64,000 nucleotides of DNA from Nitrospirota bacterium (lineage in GTDB: Bacteria > Nitrospirota > UBA9217). The first letter of the stretch is position 1, and every line of letters begins with the position of its first letter. Of this stretch, positions 1 through 10,101 are shown one piece after another. A model generated the notes under the pieces. It saw nothing but the letters and a program-made list of their open reading frames with translations. It made no database searches and was not told where the DNA came from. A program made the position numbers and the translations under genes. Location of the stretch: assembly GCA_963754875.1 (NCBI GenBank), contig CAVWHO010000008.1, forward strand, positions 1-64,000. The letters are read 5' to 3'.

Positions 1-435
1 GCGCTACAGCAGCTGCAGAGGAAGTACAAGCCGCCGAGACCACCATGCCCCCGCCCCGGGCACCGGTGAGTTCCACGACCTTTGCGAGCAGTTTGCTCAC
101 CGTGCTTTCCCGGGGGTCTCCGCGAACCGGCAAGAATGCTTTTTTCAAGAAAATCGATCTCGCCTTTCGTCGTCGCGAGAATGAGCTTCGCGTCCCCGGG
201 AATGTCCACCCTGCTGTTCTGAAACAGGGGGAACGAGCATCTGCATGACCAAAGATTCCTTTTCCTGATACGCAAGGCCGTTTATCGTGGCCGCTACGTC
301 GGATTGAAAAGCAGCGGTCTTGAAACGGGAGACAAGGGAAATTGCCGTCCTGTCGGACAGAAGCCCGTTCCAGCAGGAGTCAGCGCCCATGCCGTAGGGA
401 GTGAATATGTCTGATGCCACGACAACAGCTTTCAT
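1..435 (-). CDS. beta-ketoacyl-ACP synthase-like protein, N-terminal part (runs off the window; apparent frameshift near 230)
   Basis: MKAVVVASDIFTPYGMGADSCWNGLL...SRF resembles a KAS N-terminus; the reading continues in another frame (LILATTKGEIDFLE). Confidence 0.6.
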
Positions 436-439
436 GACC

Positions 440-919
440 GGTTGTGAAATTCCCCTGCCTTCCATCTTTCTGCGGCACTGTTCAAGCAGATCCGGGCGAA
501 ACCATGTAGGGTTGTCCCGATTCATCGTCAATGAACAGCTGAACGGTATACCCGCTCGTGGCAATGCTTCCGTCCTGCTTGATCAGATGGAACTCCGTAT
601 TCAGCCGGGCGCCCTCGTTCCAGATGAGCGAGGCCCGGATCGTAAACTCCTCTTCGAGGAACAGCGGTTTATGATAATCCATATGAAACTCGACAAAGGG
701 GGCGCGGAGCCCGGCCTCGAAATATTCCGCATACGACAACCCACATCGTCTGCCGAGCTCCTCCGAGGCTTCTTCGAAATAAAGCGGATATCGGCCGTGC
801 CATACGATTGCCATGGGGTCGGCCTCGTTGAATCGGACGCGGCGTTTGACCTCGACCACGATGGGATCCGGCGCGCCAGGAATGCGCTCGAAGTATGATG
901 ACCTTTTCCGTGTCCTCAT
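440..919 (-). CDS. acyl-CoA/ACP thioesterase (4HBT hotdog family); 3' end disturbed by frameshift
   Basis: VRFNEADPMAIVWHGRYPLYFE motif. Confidence 0.8.
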
Positions 920-1311
920 TTTTTGTGGCCTTGCTGCTTTTCGGCAAAGCGGACCCGCAATTTGAATTCCGCGATTTTGGTCTCATTCTTGGAAATAACG
1001 GCCTTCACTGTGGTTTCGCTGTCTTTCTCCTGTGGATCGCTGCAGACGCATGTCAATTCCTCTCCCGGCAGGACCGGGGCAAAGTACTTTGCCGACATGA
1101 TTTCCTTGAGCTCCACCGTCTGTTTATTCGCTTTCTCCAGCGTCGTGAGAACGGCCTGGAGCTGACAAACTCCCGGTAAAATCTTTTTATCAGGGAAATG
1201 GCCATGGAACCCGATAAACTCTTCCGGGAACAGGAAGCGCGACGTGTGCGTCTGCCCTTCCGTTGTCAGGACCGTCATATACTGTTCAACTTCCTTCTTG
1301 ATCTTTCTCAA
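916..1311 (-). CDS. FabZ/ApeI-like hotdog dehydratase
   Basis: FHGHFPDKKILPGV and KYFAPVLPGE motifs. Confidence 0.8.
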   Translation of the reverse strand: MRKIKKEVEQYMTVLTTEGQTHTSRFLFPEEFIGFHGHFPDKKILPGVCQLQAVLTTLEKANKQTVELKEIMSAKYFAPVLPGEELTCVCSDPQEKDSETTVKAVISKNETKIAEFKLRVRFAEKQQGHKK

Positions 1312-1970
1312 GAGCGGTACTCCTTGTGCCGCACGGTCAAGCGATAATGATATTGGTAGTTCAGAAGGACGATGCCTTGGGGGAACCGTTTCCCATTCTG
1401 GTCCCGGTATTCGTAGTAGGAAACGCGCCAGGCAAGCCCGCTGTCGTCGTAATAGTTCTTTTCGACGAGGTCTCCTTTGGGCCCTGAAAAAATATACTCC
1501 ATGGTGCCGGAGCCGGAGGGTTGACGAAAACTGATCGAATATTTTCGTTTCCAGATCCGTGCTTCAACGGAGGGGACCAGATCAAAATAAATCCGCCTGA
1601 TGTCATTGCCGACAACGGTCGTAATATCGCCGTACCGGGCGAATGCCGCAATCGTATAAAGGTCCGTTACGCTGTTCCGGTCGCCCGAGAGTTCGAACAG
1701 CTTTACTCCCATCGGGTTGAGGCAGGCGACCTTGAAAACGCCGTCGTGCCGGTTGATGTCGAGGTATCCGACGGCCGCAAATTTGCGCGAATTATACTCA
1801 AAAACAACGGTATTGAGCAATTCGAACTTGTCCGGCAAACTCGCCTGGAAGCGCTCTACCAGGCTTTGCGGGTTCTCTGCTCCCAGCGGGACATGCGCTG
1901 TTTCCCGGAACGGGACAGTACTGCACGAGGCGATGAACAGGAGCACGATGAGGCCCGATAGCTTTTTCAT
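1308..1970 (-). CDS. lipoprotein (DUF3261/LolB-like) of the lipid cluster
   Basis: Lipobox FIASC; position in the cluster. Confidence 0.6.
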   Translation of the reverse strand: MKKLSGLIVLLFIASCSTVPFRETAHVPLGAENPQSLVERFQASLPDKFELLNTVVFEYNSRKFAAVGYLDINRHDGVFKVACLNPMGVKLFELSGDRNSVTDLYTIAAFARYGDITTVVGNDIRRIYFDLVPSVEARIWKRKYSISFRQPSGSGTMEYIFSGPKGDLVEKNYYDDSGLAWRVSYYEYRDQNGKRFPQGIVLLNYQYHYRLTVRHKEYRS

Positions 1971-4357
1971 CTCGCTTCACGTACCTGTCTCGCTGCCGAC
2001 ACGATGCTGCATAAAGACGGCACGACGATTATGGAAGAAAGGTACCCTGACACCATGCAGATGACCATGGCCACGGCCGTGGAATGGAGCGCCGGATGGT
2101 GCGCGAACATTAACGCTCCGGCCCCGATGATGTTCGTGATCGCCGAGAGCGTAACCGCGAGCACCGTGCCGGTCCGCAGATTATACCGGTACTCGTACGT
2201 GATCCCGAGACCGTAGTCCACGATGACGCCGGTCGTGACGATGGCTGCAACGACATTGACTACATTCAGCGGCATATGAAAGAGCGCCATGATCCCTACG
2301 AGCCAGACAATGCCGGTGAGCACGGGCACAAGTGAGATGAGCGTCTCCGTCCAGTTCCTGAAGAAAAGCCAGGCCAGCACAATGTTGAACAAGATGGCGG
2401 CCGGGGCCATGATCTTCATCTCTTTTGACGTAAAGAGCGATATGGACGACGACATGGCCCTGCCGGACACGATAAACGTATTGGGATACTTTTTGGCAAT
2501 CACATTCAGCGCGTTGACGGATGCCTCATCATCCGGGAAAAACGACAGGATGCTCGTGCCTTCTTTCTTGTTCAAAACGAACCGTTCCTGCAACCTCGCG
2601 AGCAATCCCCCGGGATTTTCGCCATTCGTCGCGTGGCGGTAGAGACCGTCAAAAAAAGGAGTAAAGGCACGGTCGGAAAACCCGTAGGCTGTCGATGCCT
2701 TGTGGATAAGGCTTTTCAGCTTCTCCTCGCGCCCCTGTTTCCAGAACCGGTCCCATCGGGCGCAGTTCGCTGCCCGCAATTTTTCGGAAGACCAGAACAA
2801 GGCAAGGCTAGTAAAATTTTCCGCACCCACGGCCTTTACTGCATCGCGGTAAATCAGATCGTTCTTTTCCATGGCCTCTTCATAGGTCGCGCCCTGTACC
2901 ACGAAGATCGCCTGGTTGCTCTTCCCTCCCCAAGCTTCATGAAAGGCCTGTTCCGCCAGCAACACCTTGGGATCGCTGCCGTCCAGCTTCTTCACGTCGC
3001 TGTCAAAGCGGACCGAGAAAGAGAAGACCAGTGCAAGGGCGGTCAATAGCGCCCAGATCCCGACGCTGAGTCCGGCCGGCCAGCGGAACGACTTAAAGCG
3101 GTCTCCGATGGTCGGATCTGATGCGAGTTCATAGTGTCTCCATGACAGAATCAGAGGCAGGACAAAAAGGGAAATAATAAGGCAGATGAGGACGCAGAGG
3201 ATCGAGAACAAGGCCAATTGATGGTAACCGCGGATCATGGACAGATAAAGGGCCGCAAAGCTGAACACAGTCGTGGTGGCGTCGATGCTGACCAGTTTTG
3301 CCAGTTTTACGATCTGTGCCCTGTCAGCGCCGCGTTTCATGGCGATATACACGAGGAGGCCGTAATCGATGGAGATTCCCGCAATTGCCGTACCGAACCC
3401 GATCACGAGATACGATAGTCTCCCCTCGACGCCGGTGGCGATATTGATCGCCCAGACCACGGCAAGCAAGGGGATGATGAAAACGAACAACGCCCGGGCA
3501 TCGCGAAAAACAAGCATAAACAACAGCAGGAAAGCTACGGACGCGATCGTGGACGCGACCTTGATATCTCGCTTCATCACCCGTTCGTTGCTGACCGTAT
3601 GGAAGTGACCGCCGATCATATCGGCTGAAACAAAATCCGGCAACTGCTTGACGTGCTCCTCCAAAGCGGCGACGAGTTCTCTGCTCCGTTTGCCGTCCAT
3701 CATGGGAACCGGTGTCTGGAGGATCAGCATGGCATGACGTCCGTCGCGGCTCACGAAGTGACCGTCTTCTATAGCCACGTCGTATCCCATGGACGCGGGA
3801 AGTGCCCGCAGCTTGCCGAGCAGGAGCGTTTTGATCCCGAGCGGGTCCGTGCGGGAGAGTGAAGACGTAAAGATGCTCTCTGGCCGGAGCGATTGCAGGT
3901 AGATGCCGCGCATTTTTTCGGAAACAACGGGTGTGGTGATCTGTTTATCGACGGCGGCAAGGTCCTCCTCGCTCAAGACCTGGGGCGCATACCGGAGGAG
4001 GGAAAACTCTTCCATCACGTCCCCGACGGAAAACCCTGAGATGACTTTGGTAAAGAGCGGCGGCGTGAGCGACGCGGCAAGCTGGTCGACCGCCTGAAAG
4101 AGGTCTTTTTTATTTTTCGAGGCATCCGTCAGCGCAAGCGAAATCACGATTTTATCGGAGAGGCTGGAATCGCGCAGGAAATTGATGCTCCTGCTGACTT
4201 CCGGGTCAGGCGGGAGCATGAGATCGATGTTACCTTCAAAACGAATGAAGAACAAGCCTGCACCGGCGGCGACCGTAACGGCCAGCACAGACCCGATGAC
4301 AAGTTTTTTTCGATGATGAACGAACTCGAACAGCAGCGAGAACAACCGGTCAAACAT
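1967..4357 (-). CDS. MMPL/RND-family lipid exporter
   Basis: 796 aa, two transmembrane blocks with GISIDYG and GVIVDYG motifs. Confidence 0.85.
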   Translation of the reverse strand: MFDRLFSLLFEFVHHRKKLVIGSVLAVTVAAGAGLFFIRFEGNIDLMLPPDPEVSRSINFLRDSSLSDKIVISLALTDASKNKKDLFQAVDQLAASLTPPLFTKVISGFSVGDVMEEFSLLRYAPQVLSEEDLAAVDKQITTPVVSEKMRGIYLQSLRPESIFTSSLSRTDPLGIKTLLLGKLRALPASMGYDVAIEDGHFVSRDGRHAMLILQTPVPMMDGKRSRELVAALEEHVKQLPDFVSADMIGGHFHTVSNERVMKRDIKVASTIASVAFLLLFMLVFRDARALFVFIIPLLAVVWAINIATGVEGRLSYLVIGFGTAIAGISIDYGLLVYIAMKRGADRAQIVKLAKLVSIDATTTVFSFAALYLSMIRGYHQLALFSILCVLICLIISLFVLPLILSWRHYELASDPTIGDRFKSFRWPAGLSVGIWALLTALALVFSFSVRFDSDVKKLDGSDPKVLLAEQAFHEAWGGKSNQAIFVVQGATYEEAMEKNDLIYRDAVKAVGAENFTSLALFWSSEKLRAANCARWDRFWKQGREEKLKSLIHKASTAYGFSDRAFTPFFDGLYRHATNGENPGGLLARLQERFVLNKKEGTSILSFFPDDEASVNALNVIAKKYPNTFIVSGRAMSSSISLFTSKEMKIMAPAAILFNIVLAWLFFRNWTETLISLVPVLTGIVWLVGIMALFHMPLNVVNVVAAIVTTGVIVDYGLGITYEYRYNLRTGTVLAVTLSAITNIIGAGALMFAHHPALHSTAVAMVICMVSGYLSSIIVVPSLCSIVSAARQVREAR

Positions 4358-5039
4358 GCCCTTTTACCTCAAAGTTCCTGCTGTCGAGGGGGGCATTCAG
4401 GAACGTATTCGTGAAATGGATCGTCGTGACGTCCCCGTTCAGCTCCTGAATTCGTATTTGCTGCAGATATTTCCGGTCTTCCCGGAAGGTGAGCGTGATG
4501 CTTTTGATGACTTTACTCGCTATGTTTTTTTTCAGGGGAATGAATTCAATCATGAGCGGTTCCTGCTTCACGATCCGCACTTTATTGACCTCAATGAGTG
4601 AGCTGTAATCACCGGAGAACCAGACCGTGAGCTGGTTGAGCACGTTCTGGAAAATGGGGTTCTTGATCAGGGATATCTCCTGAACCTGGTTTGTGTCCTC
4701 GTCCCATTGGCGGATCACCTTGTCGGTGATCAGAACGGAGTACCGGAGAGGAGAATCGACATGCCACGCGACCTTGTTTGGTTTCTCGAGATAGATCCGG
4801 CCCTTGAGAACAAGTTTGTCCTTGAACATGGCCATTTCTTTTTCCTGGGTAAAATCGGTCTTCAAGGTTTTGAAGTCGGAGACTTTTTTGCCCAGGTCGA
4901 CAAGGAATGCAGTGAGGTCAGCTGTTCCCGGAGAACCAGTGGTGGTCGTCTTCTTCTCCCCTGCCGAAACAAAACCGGCGCAAAGGGCCGCTGAAATCGT
5001 CAGCACGAGTGCTAGGTTTTTGGCCTTGTTGCTCCTCAT
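4350..5039 (-). CDS. LolA-like outer-membrane carrier protein
   Basis: Signal peptide; DFTQEK...LKGRIYLEKPNKVAWHV pattern. Confidence 0.75.
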   Translation of the reverse strand: MRSNKAKNLALVLTISAALCAGFVSAGEKKTTTTGSPGTADLTAFLVDLGKKVSDFKTLKTDFTQEKEMAMFKDKLVLKGRIYLEKPNKVAWHVDSPLRYSVLITDKVIRQWDEDTNQVQEISLIKNPIFQNVLNQLTVWFSGDYSSLIEVNKVRIVKQEPLMIEFIPLKKNIASKVIKSITLTFREDRKYLQQIRIQELNGDVTTIHFTNTFLNAPLDSRNFEVKGHV

Positions 5040-6526
5040 TATGCCCCCGCCTTGCCGTCGCTCTGCCAGACCTTGATTTCGCCGCTGGCGATCACAACGT
5101 CGCCTTTCATGACCTCTCCCCGAACAATGCCGAAATCGCCCAACTTGGCGACCTTCTGCACTGCTATGCGGAGCGTATCTCCGATGCGGGCGCTGCCCGT
5201 GATCTCAAGGTTCTTTACGCCGAGCAGGAACCCTTCCGGTTGAGATTCCCGGCACCCGAGCTTCCGGAACCCTTCCTGCGCGGCGATCGCCTGACCGAGG
5301 ATCTCGGGATAAGACGCATGATCCAGCGTTCCGTCGTCCCCGACGAAGATCATATCGGCTTTCACCGTCATCTCCGAGAGAGACGAGCGTTCCTTCACCT
5401 CGAGCAGCCGGTCGAGGAGAAGCATGGGCGGTTTATGCGGCACGAGCCGGCCTGCCCCAATAGGAAGACGGATAATATCGTCTTTCCTGTCCATGTTCCT
5501 CCAGCAAAGAGGATCCGAGGCCAGGTAGTCGCCGGTCAACTGGTAGGCTGCGCCCCTGCACCCGTAGCACTCGCTCAGTTTTTCGCAGTCGCCGCAGGGC
5601 CCCTTGATCATGTCCTTATAGCTTTTCAAGTCCGATACGACTTCGCTTTCCCTCAGAATGTCGGCGAGCTTCTTTTCCCGGACATTTCCGATGGGAATCG
5701 TGACGCCCACGCAGGGCTGCACGCTGCCATCGGAACTTACGGCACAGGAGAACTGGTGACGAAGGCAGATCCCGCCGACCAGCGGCGGCCGCGGCTCCCA
5801 ATGATGACCGTACTTGGACCGGTCGAGCTCGGCGATCTTGTGAAAGAACTTTTCGGCCTCTTCCGTCGAAATGTCGAGGGCCTCGTTGCTCCGGGCGCCT
5901 CCCTGGGGCGTGATCATCTCAAAATAAGGGGCAATGTTCTGGTCGCGCAGCCATTCCCACATCTTTGGCAATTCTTCGATGTTCTGCTGGCAAATGACCG
6001 TGCTCACGCCCATGAACCGGTCCGACGACGGATAGCCTGCCTGCCTCAGGTTGTCGAATGCCCGCCGGATCTGGACATAGGCGCCTTTCCGTCCTGAGAG
6101 CTTGTCCTGGATCGTTTCCTCAAACGTGTTCATCTTGAGCACAACCCGCACCTTGTGCTGAAACAGGGTCCGTGCCATCTCGGGAGTGATACCGGTCCCG
6201 TTCGTAAACAGTTCAACGTCCATATCGAGCCCCCGGATGAACTTCAGCATCTCCAGAATGCGGGGGTAGAGCATGGGTTCGCCGCCCAGCACGATGATCT
6301 TGCGTGCGCCCAGTTCTTTCGCTTGCAGAAGGAGGTCCCGGAACTCGTCGGTCGTCAGTTCATTCTTCCTGCCGCCGTTTTCCGCGGCGTAACAGTAGAC
6401 GCAGCGAAAGTTGCAGACGCTGTTGAACTCGACCTCCATGGAAAGCAGTTTGCCGTTCCGGACGGCTTCGGCGACTTCCTCGTTGGAAAATTCAGCGCCG
6501 TAAATCTGTGTTTGACAGGTGTTCAT
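5039..6526 (-). CDS. radical SAM/SPASM enzyme fused to a C-terminal ApeP-like hotdog domain
   Basis: CNFRCVYC; SPASM cysteines (CGDCEKLSECYGCRG...DPLC); C-terminal LVPHKPPMLLLDRL...E..GQAIAA. Confidence 0.85.
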   Translation of the reverse strand: MNTCQTQIYGAEFSNEEVAEAVRNGKLLSMEVEFNSVCNFRCVYCYAAENGGRKNELTTDEFRDLLLQAKELGARKIIVLGGEPMLYPRILEMLKFIRGLDMDVELFTNGTGITPEMARTLFQHKVRVVLKMNTFEETIQDKLSGRKGAYVQIRRAFDNLRQAGYPSSDRFMGVSTVICQQNIEELPKMWEWLRDQNIAPYFEMITPQGGARSNEALDISTEEAEKFFHKIAELDRSKYGHHWEPRPPLVGGICLRHQFSCAVSSDGSVQPCVGVTIPIGNVREKKLADILRESEVVSDLKSYKDMIKGPCGDCEKLSECYGCRGAAYQLTGDYLASDPLCWRNMDRKDDIIRLPIGAGRLVPHKPPMLLLDRLLEVKERSSLSEMTVKADMIFVGDDGTLDHASYPEILGQAIAAQEGFRKLGCRESQPEGFLLGVKNLEITGSARIGDTLRIAVQKVAKLGDFGIVRGEVMKGDVVIASGEIKVWQSDGKAGA

Positions 6527-7827
6527 AGGCTCTTTCTCGAATCCACAAAACGAATTAATTTCCGGGAATTCCCGGTGTATACTTGCTTTCTGATGTTCTC
6601 CTCGCTGGAGACGATCACTTCCGGTCTCACGCGCAAGTGGGCTTGCAGCTTGTCCATGATCACCTCGGCCGTGCAGGAACCGTCCCTCACGGCGACATAA
6701 ATTTTCACCACGTCGGAGAGGTCATAATCGCTCGACGCGGCAACGTAATATTCGCTGATTCCGGGAAACGCATCGAGCACGGCGTAGATGGAGTTCGGGT
6801 AGAGCGTGGTTCCACGGAATTTGATCATCTGTTTTTTTCTTCCGAGGATGGGGCCGAGTCGCGGTGAGTTTCGGCCGCAGGAGCAGGCCCCCTCGATCAG
6901 AAAGCTCATGTCCCCGGTCCTGAACCGCAAAAGAGGCATGGCCTCGATGGCAAGCGGCGTCACGACTACCTCGCCGACTTCCCCGGCTGGGAGGGCGTCC
7001 CCCTGCTCGTTCACGATTTCGACAACAGCCAGATCGGGGTGCAGATGTCCTCCCTGCTGTGCAGTACACTCGCAGAAGGACGTGATCGTTTCCGATGACG
7101 CGTAGGTCGAATAGATCTTCGCTCCCCAGACGGACTCGAGGCTCTCTCCCATTCTGAGGAACGAAAGATTCCGGTCGCGGATGGGTTCACCGATGCAGAC
7201 CATTTTTTTCACGCCGAGCGCTGTTGAGTCGATATCCTGGGCCTGCAGAAAGTGGCCGAGTTTGAGCAGGAACGTGGGCACGCCCACCAACACGGTCGGC
7301 TTCAGCCGTTTGATGATCTCGAGATGGCTCTCAAAACTGGAAAGTCCGTTCCTGACGGCTGCAGCGCCAACGCTCCGCACGCCGGAAAAATATGCCAGGC
7401 CGGCGATAAAACAGCGGTCAAGGGTGCAGGTCAACAGGACGATATCGTCACGTGTCATTCCGCAGCTGAGAAAAGAGATCTCCTCATTGTAGGCCAGCCG
7501 CCGCAGATCGTTCTCCGTATACATCATCGTCGTGGGCCTGCCTGTGGTGCCTGACGACAAAACTACATCAACGATCTTCGACATGGGCACGGCCAGAAAA
7601 TCATCGTTGTGCTCGCTCAGCGTCGTCTTGTCCGTAAGCGGAAGTCCATGAAGCGTCCCAAGGTTCACCGCGTTGATATCCACATTCCGGGACCGGAACA
7701 GACTGCGGTAATAAGGCGACGCCGTTGCCAGGTGCTGCAGGTGTTCTTTCAGCAGCCTTTCCTGCACAATACGGATCTCTTCAAGAGAGAAAAATTCGAG
7801 ATTTTTATTTAGATGAAAATCCCTCAT
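6523..7827 (-). CDS. phenylacetate-CoA ligase (PaaK)-like acyl-activating enzyme
   Basis: SSGTTGRP, YASSE and RFRTGD motifs. Confidence 0.85.
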   Translation of the reverse strand: MRDFHLNKNLEFFSLEEIRIVQERLLKEHLQHLATASPYYRSLFRSRNVDINAVNLGTLHGLPLTDKTTLSEHNDDFLAVPMSKIVDVVLSSGTTGRPTTMMYTENDLRRLAYNEEISFLSCGMTRDDIVLLTCTLDRCFIAGLAYFSGVRSVGAAAVRNGLSSFESHLEIIKRLKPTVLVGVPTFLLKLGHFLQAQDIDSTALGVKKMVCIGEPIRDRNLSFLRMGESLESVWGAKIYSTYASSETITSFCECTAQQGGHLHPDLAVVEIVNEQGDALPAGEVGEVVVTPLAIEAMPLLRFRTGDMSFLIEGACSCGRNSPRLGPILGRKKQMIKFRGTTLYPNSIYAVLDAFPGISEYYVAASSDYDLSDVVKIYVAVRDGSCTAEVIMDKLQAHLRVRPEVIVSSEENIRKQVYTGNSRKLIRFVDSRKSL

Positions 7828-8576
7828 TGCCCGCTTTCCATCTCCGACAGTTCATGTTCGATCACGTTCCAGACGCGGTTCTTGAATGCAAAGGCGTTCA
7901 GGTCCTTGTATTCGTCCCAGGTGATCGCGGGGAGCCTTCGCACTCTGATCGTCCCCGGTCTCATCATCAACGATCCCTTAGGCGGTATGTTCTCATTACC
8001 CGAGATGCAGAGCGGTACGACCGGTGCCCGGGATTCCAGGGCGAGCCGGAATGCGGCGCCGTGAAAGCTGCCCATCGTCCTGCTCGTAGACCGCGTCCCC
8101 TCGGGAAAGAAAATGATGGAGGCGCCCTGTTTCAGCAGCAATCCCGCCTTCTGGAGAAAATGCTCATGGGACATCATCCTGATATTGAGGTATCCCGCAA
8201 ACTTGGCATACAGGCCGAGGACCGGAATCCGGAACGGCCAGACATTGACGATCTGTATTGCCTCATGCGGCAGTACGCACATCAGGAACGCGTCCGATGC
8301 CGACCGGTGGTTGCTGACGAAAATATACGGTTGGTCCGGACCGTTTTTCGAATGGTCCTCATACCGGACCTTGATGAACGGATACGGCAAGGCGGTAATG
8401 AGCTTTCCATACCAGCTGATGGCGCGGCGAAACCGTCTCATCGTATTTCGATGAGACTGAAACAGCCTCGTGCCTGCAACAAACAGCGTCAATGCCGGGA
8501 TCGCGACCGCAGAACACAGGAGAAATAAAGTGTAGAAATACAGGTTCAGCAGATGCAAAGCAATACGGCGCAGCAT
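7824..8576 (-). CDS. lysophospholipid acyltransferase (PlsC family)
   Basis: NHRSASD and FPEGTRS motifs. Confidence 0.85.
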   Translation of the reverse strand: MLRRIALHLLNLYFYTLFLLCSAVAIPALTLFVAGTRLFQSHRNTMRRFRRAISWYGKLITALPYPFIKVRYEDHSKNGPDQPYIFVSNHRSASDAFLMCVLPHEAIQIVNVWPFRIPVLGLYAKFAGYLNIRMMSHEHFLQKAGLLLKQGASIIFFPEGTRSTSRTMGSFHGAAFRLALESRAPVVPLCISGNENIPPKGSLMMRPGTIRVRRLPAITWDEYKDLNAFAFKNRVWNVIEHELSEMESGQ

Positions 8577-8578
8577 TC

Positions 8579-8845
8579 CTACGAACTCTTCTTGTCTTGC
8601 TCGTTCTTGATGGACGAAATGAACTGGTAGATATCCTGAAGCGTCCTGATATCTCTGACCTTTTCCTCGTTCCTGATCTTGACCCCGAAAGAATTCTGGA
8701 GCGCGACGATCAGGTCCACGATGTCCAGGCTGTCGAGTCCGAGATCGGTGAAGATGTGCGCCTGCGGCACGAGCCGCTCTTTTTCGATCTCGAAAGCTTC
8801 CTCGAATACCTTGTTCGTTTTATCGACAACTTCCTGATCGGTCAT
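8579..8845 (-). CDS. acyl carrier protein
   Basis: DLGLDSLD phosphopantetheine site. Confidence 0.9.
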   Translation of the reverse strand: MTDQEVVDKTNKVFEEAFEIEKERLVPQAHIFTDLGLDSLDIVDLIVALQNSFGVKIRNEEKVRDIRTLQDIYQFISSIKNEQDKKSS

Positions 8846-8874
8846 TCATCCTCCAGAGTGGGGCACTCGAATCG

Positions 8875-10101
8875 TTATATGCTTTTGCAGACCAGTGCGG
8901 CATTAATGCCGCCGAACGCGAACCCGTTCTTCAGAATCGTCCGTACCTGCCTGTGCAGCGGTTTTGTGACATGATTAATACCTTCGCAGTCGGGAGCTAT
9001 TGACGCGAGGTTCAAGGTCGGGTAGATCACGCCGCGCTCCATCATTTTGAGGGAAGCCGCCAGCTCGATAGCGCCCGATGCGCCAAGTGTATGGGCGATG
9101 TACCCTTTCAGGCTGCTCACCGGAACGGTTGCCCCGAAAATCTCGCGAATGGCCTCGGCCTCTTCCTGGTCGCCTTGTACCGTGGCCGTTGCGTGGGCAT
9201 TGATATAGTCGATGTCGTCCCGCGATAAACCCGCGCCTTCGAGCGCCTGGCGCATGCAGACCACCATGGATTCCTTGTTCGACTGGCTTACATGGAGCCC
9301 GTTTGCAGTCGTGCTGTAGCCCGCCACTTCGGCGTAGATCTTCGCCTTGCGTTTGACCGCATGATCGTAATCTTCAAGAACGAGGAGGCCGCTTCCCTCG
9401 CCGCAAACCAGTCCGTCGCGGTCACGGTCAAAGGGCCGTGGAGTTTCCTGCGGACGGTCGTTATATTTCGCGGACGTCGCAAACAATATGTCAAAAGACC
9501 CCGTCACCGTGGGGTGGAGCTCTTCTGCGCCGCCGCAGAGGAGCGCGTCCTGCCTGCCAAGCCTGATCAGGTCATATCCCGTTCCGATGGCATGGAGCGC
9601 AGACGCGCACGCTGCCGCCGGAGCCATGATCGAGCCGTTGAGCCCGAGGTACTGGGCCACGTTTACGGCTGCTGTGTGCGACATGCATTGAAAAAACATG
9701 GTTGAGTTCAGCAGGCTCAGGTCTTTTTTCGGCAGCATGATTTCAAACGCATCGTTGATGCTCTTGGCGCTGCCCATGGTCGAACCGATCACGCATCCTA
9801 CGCGCCACCGGTCCTCTTGGTCGAGCGTAATGCCGGCATCGGCAAGGGCCTCATCGGCTGCCTGCGCCGCGAAGATACTCATGCGGCCCATGGACCGCCG
9901 CTTCTGGCGCGGAATGCGCTTCTCGTCAAGCATTTCCACGGGCGCTCCTACCAGACTGTGCAAACCCGAGTACTCTTCCCATCCTGCCATGCGCCGCACG
10001 GCGCTCCGCCCTTCTTCAATCCCCGTCATGAGCGTTGTCACGCCATTGCCGAAGGGAGAGACTACTCCGATTCCCGTTATCACGACCCGCTTCAATGTCA
10101 T
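8875..10101 (-). CDS. beta-ketoacyl-ACP synthase (FabF/FabB family)
   Basis: AACAS, NAHATAT, AHTLGASG and FAFGGIN motifs. Confidence 0.9.
   Translation of the reverse strand: MTLKRVVITGIGVVSPFGNGVTTLMTGIEEGRSAVRRMAGWEEYSGLHSLVGAPVEMLDEKRIPRQKRRSMGRMSIFAAQAADEALADAGITLDQEDRWRVGCVIGSTMGSAKSINDAFEIMLPKKDLSLLNSTMFFQCMSHTAAVNVAQYLGLNGSIMAPAAACASALHAIGTGYDLIRLGRQDALLCGGAEELHPTVTGSFDILFATSAKYNDRPQETPRPFDRDRDGLVCGEGSGLLVLEDYDHAVKRKAKIYAEVAGYSTTANGLHVSQSNKESMVVCMRQALEGAGLSRDDIDYINAHATATVQGDQEEAEAIREIFGATVPVSSLKGYIAHTLGASGAIELAASLKMMERGVIYPTLNLASIAPDCEGINHVTKPLHRQVRTILKNGFAFGGINAALVCKSI

Noticed and set aside
5009..6097. Long plus-strand ORFs here and at 14560-15642, 61156-62289 and 62323-63639
   Set aside because: Antisense shadows of well-supported genes; no motifs
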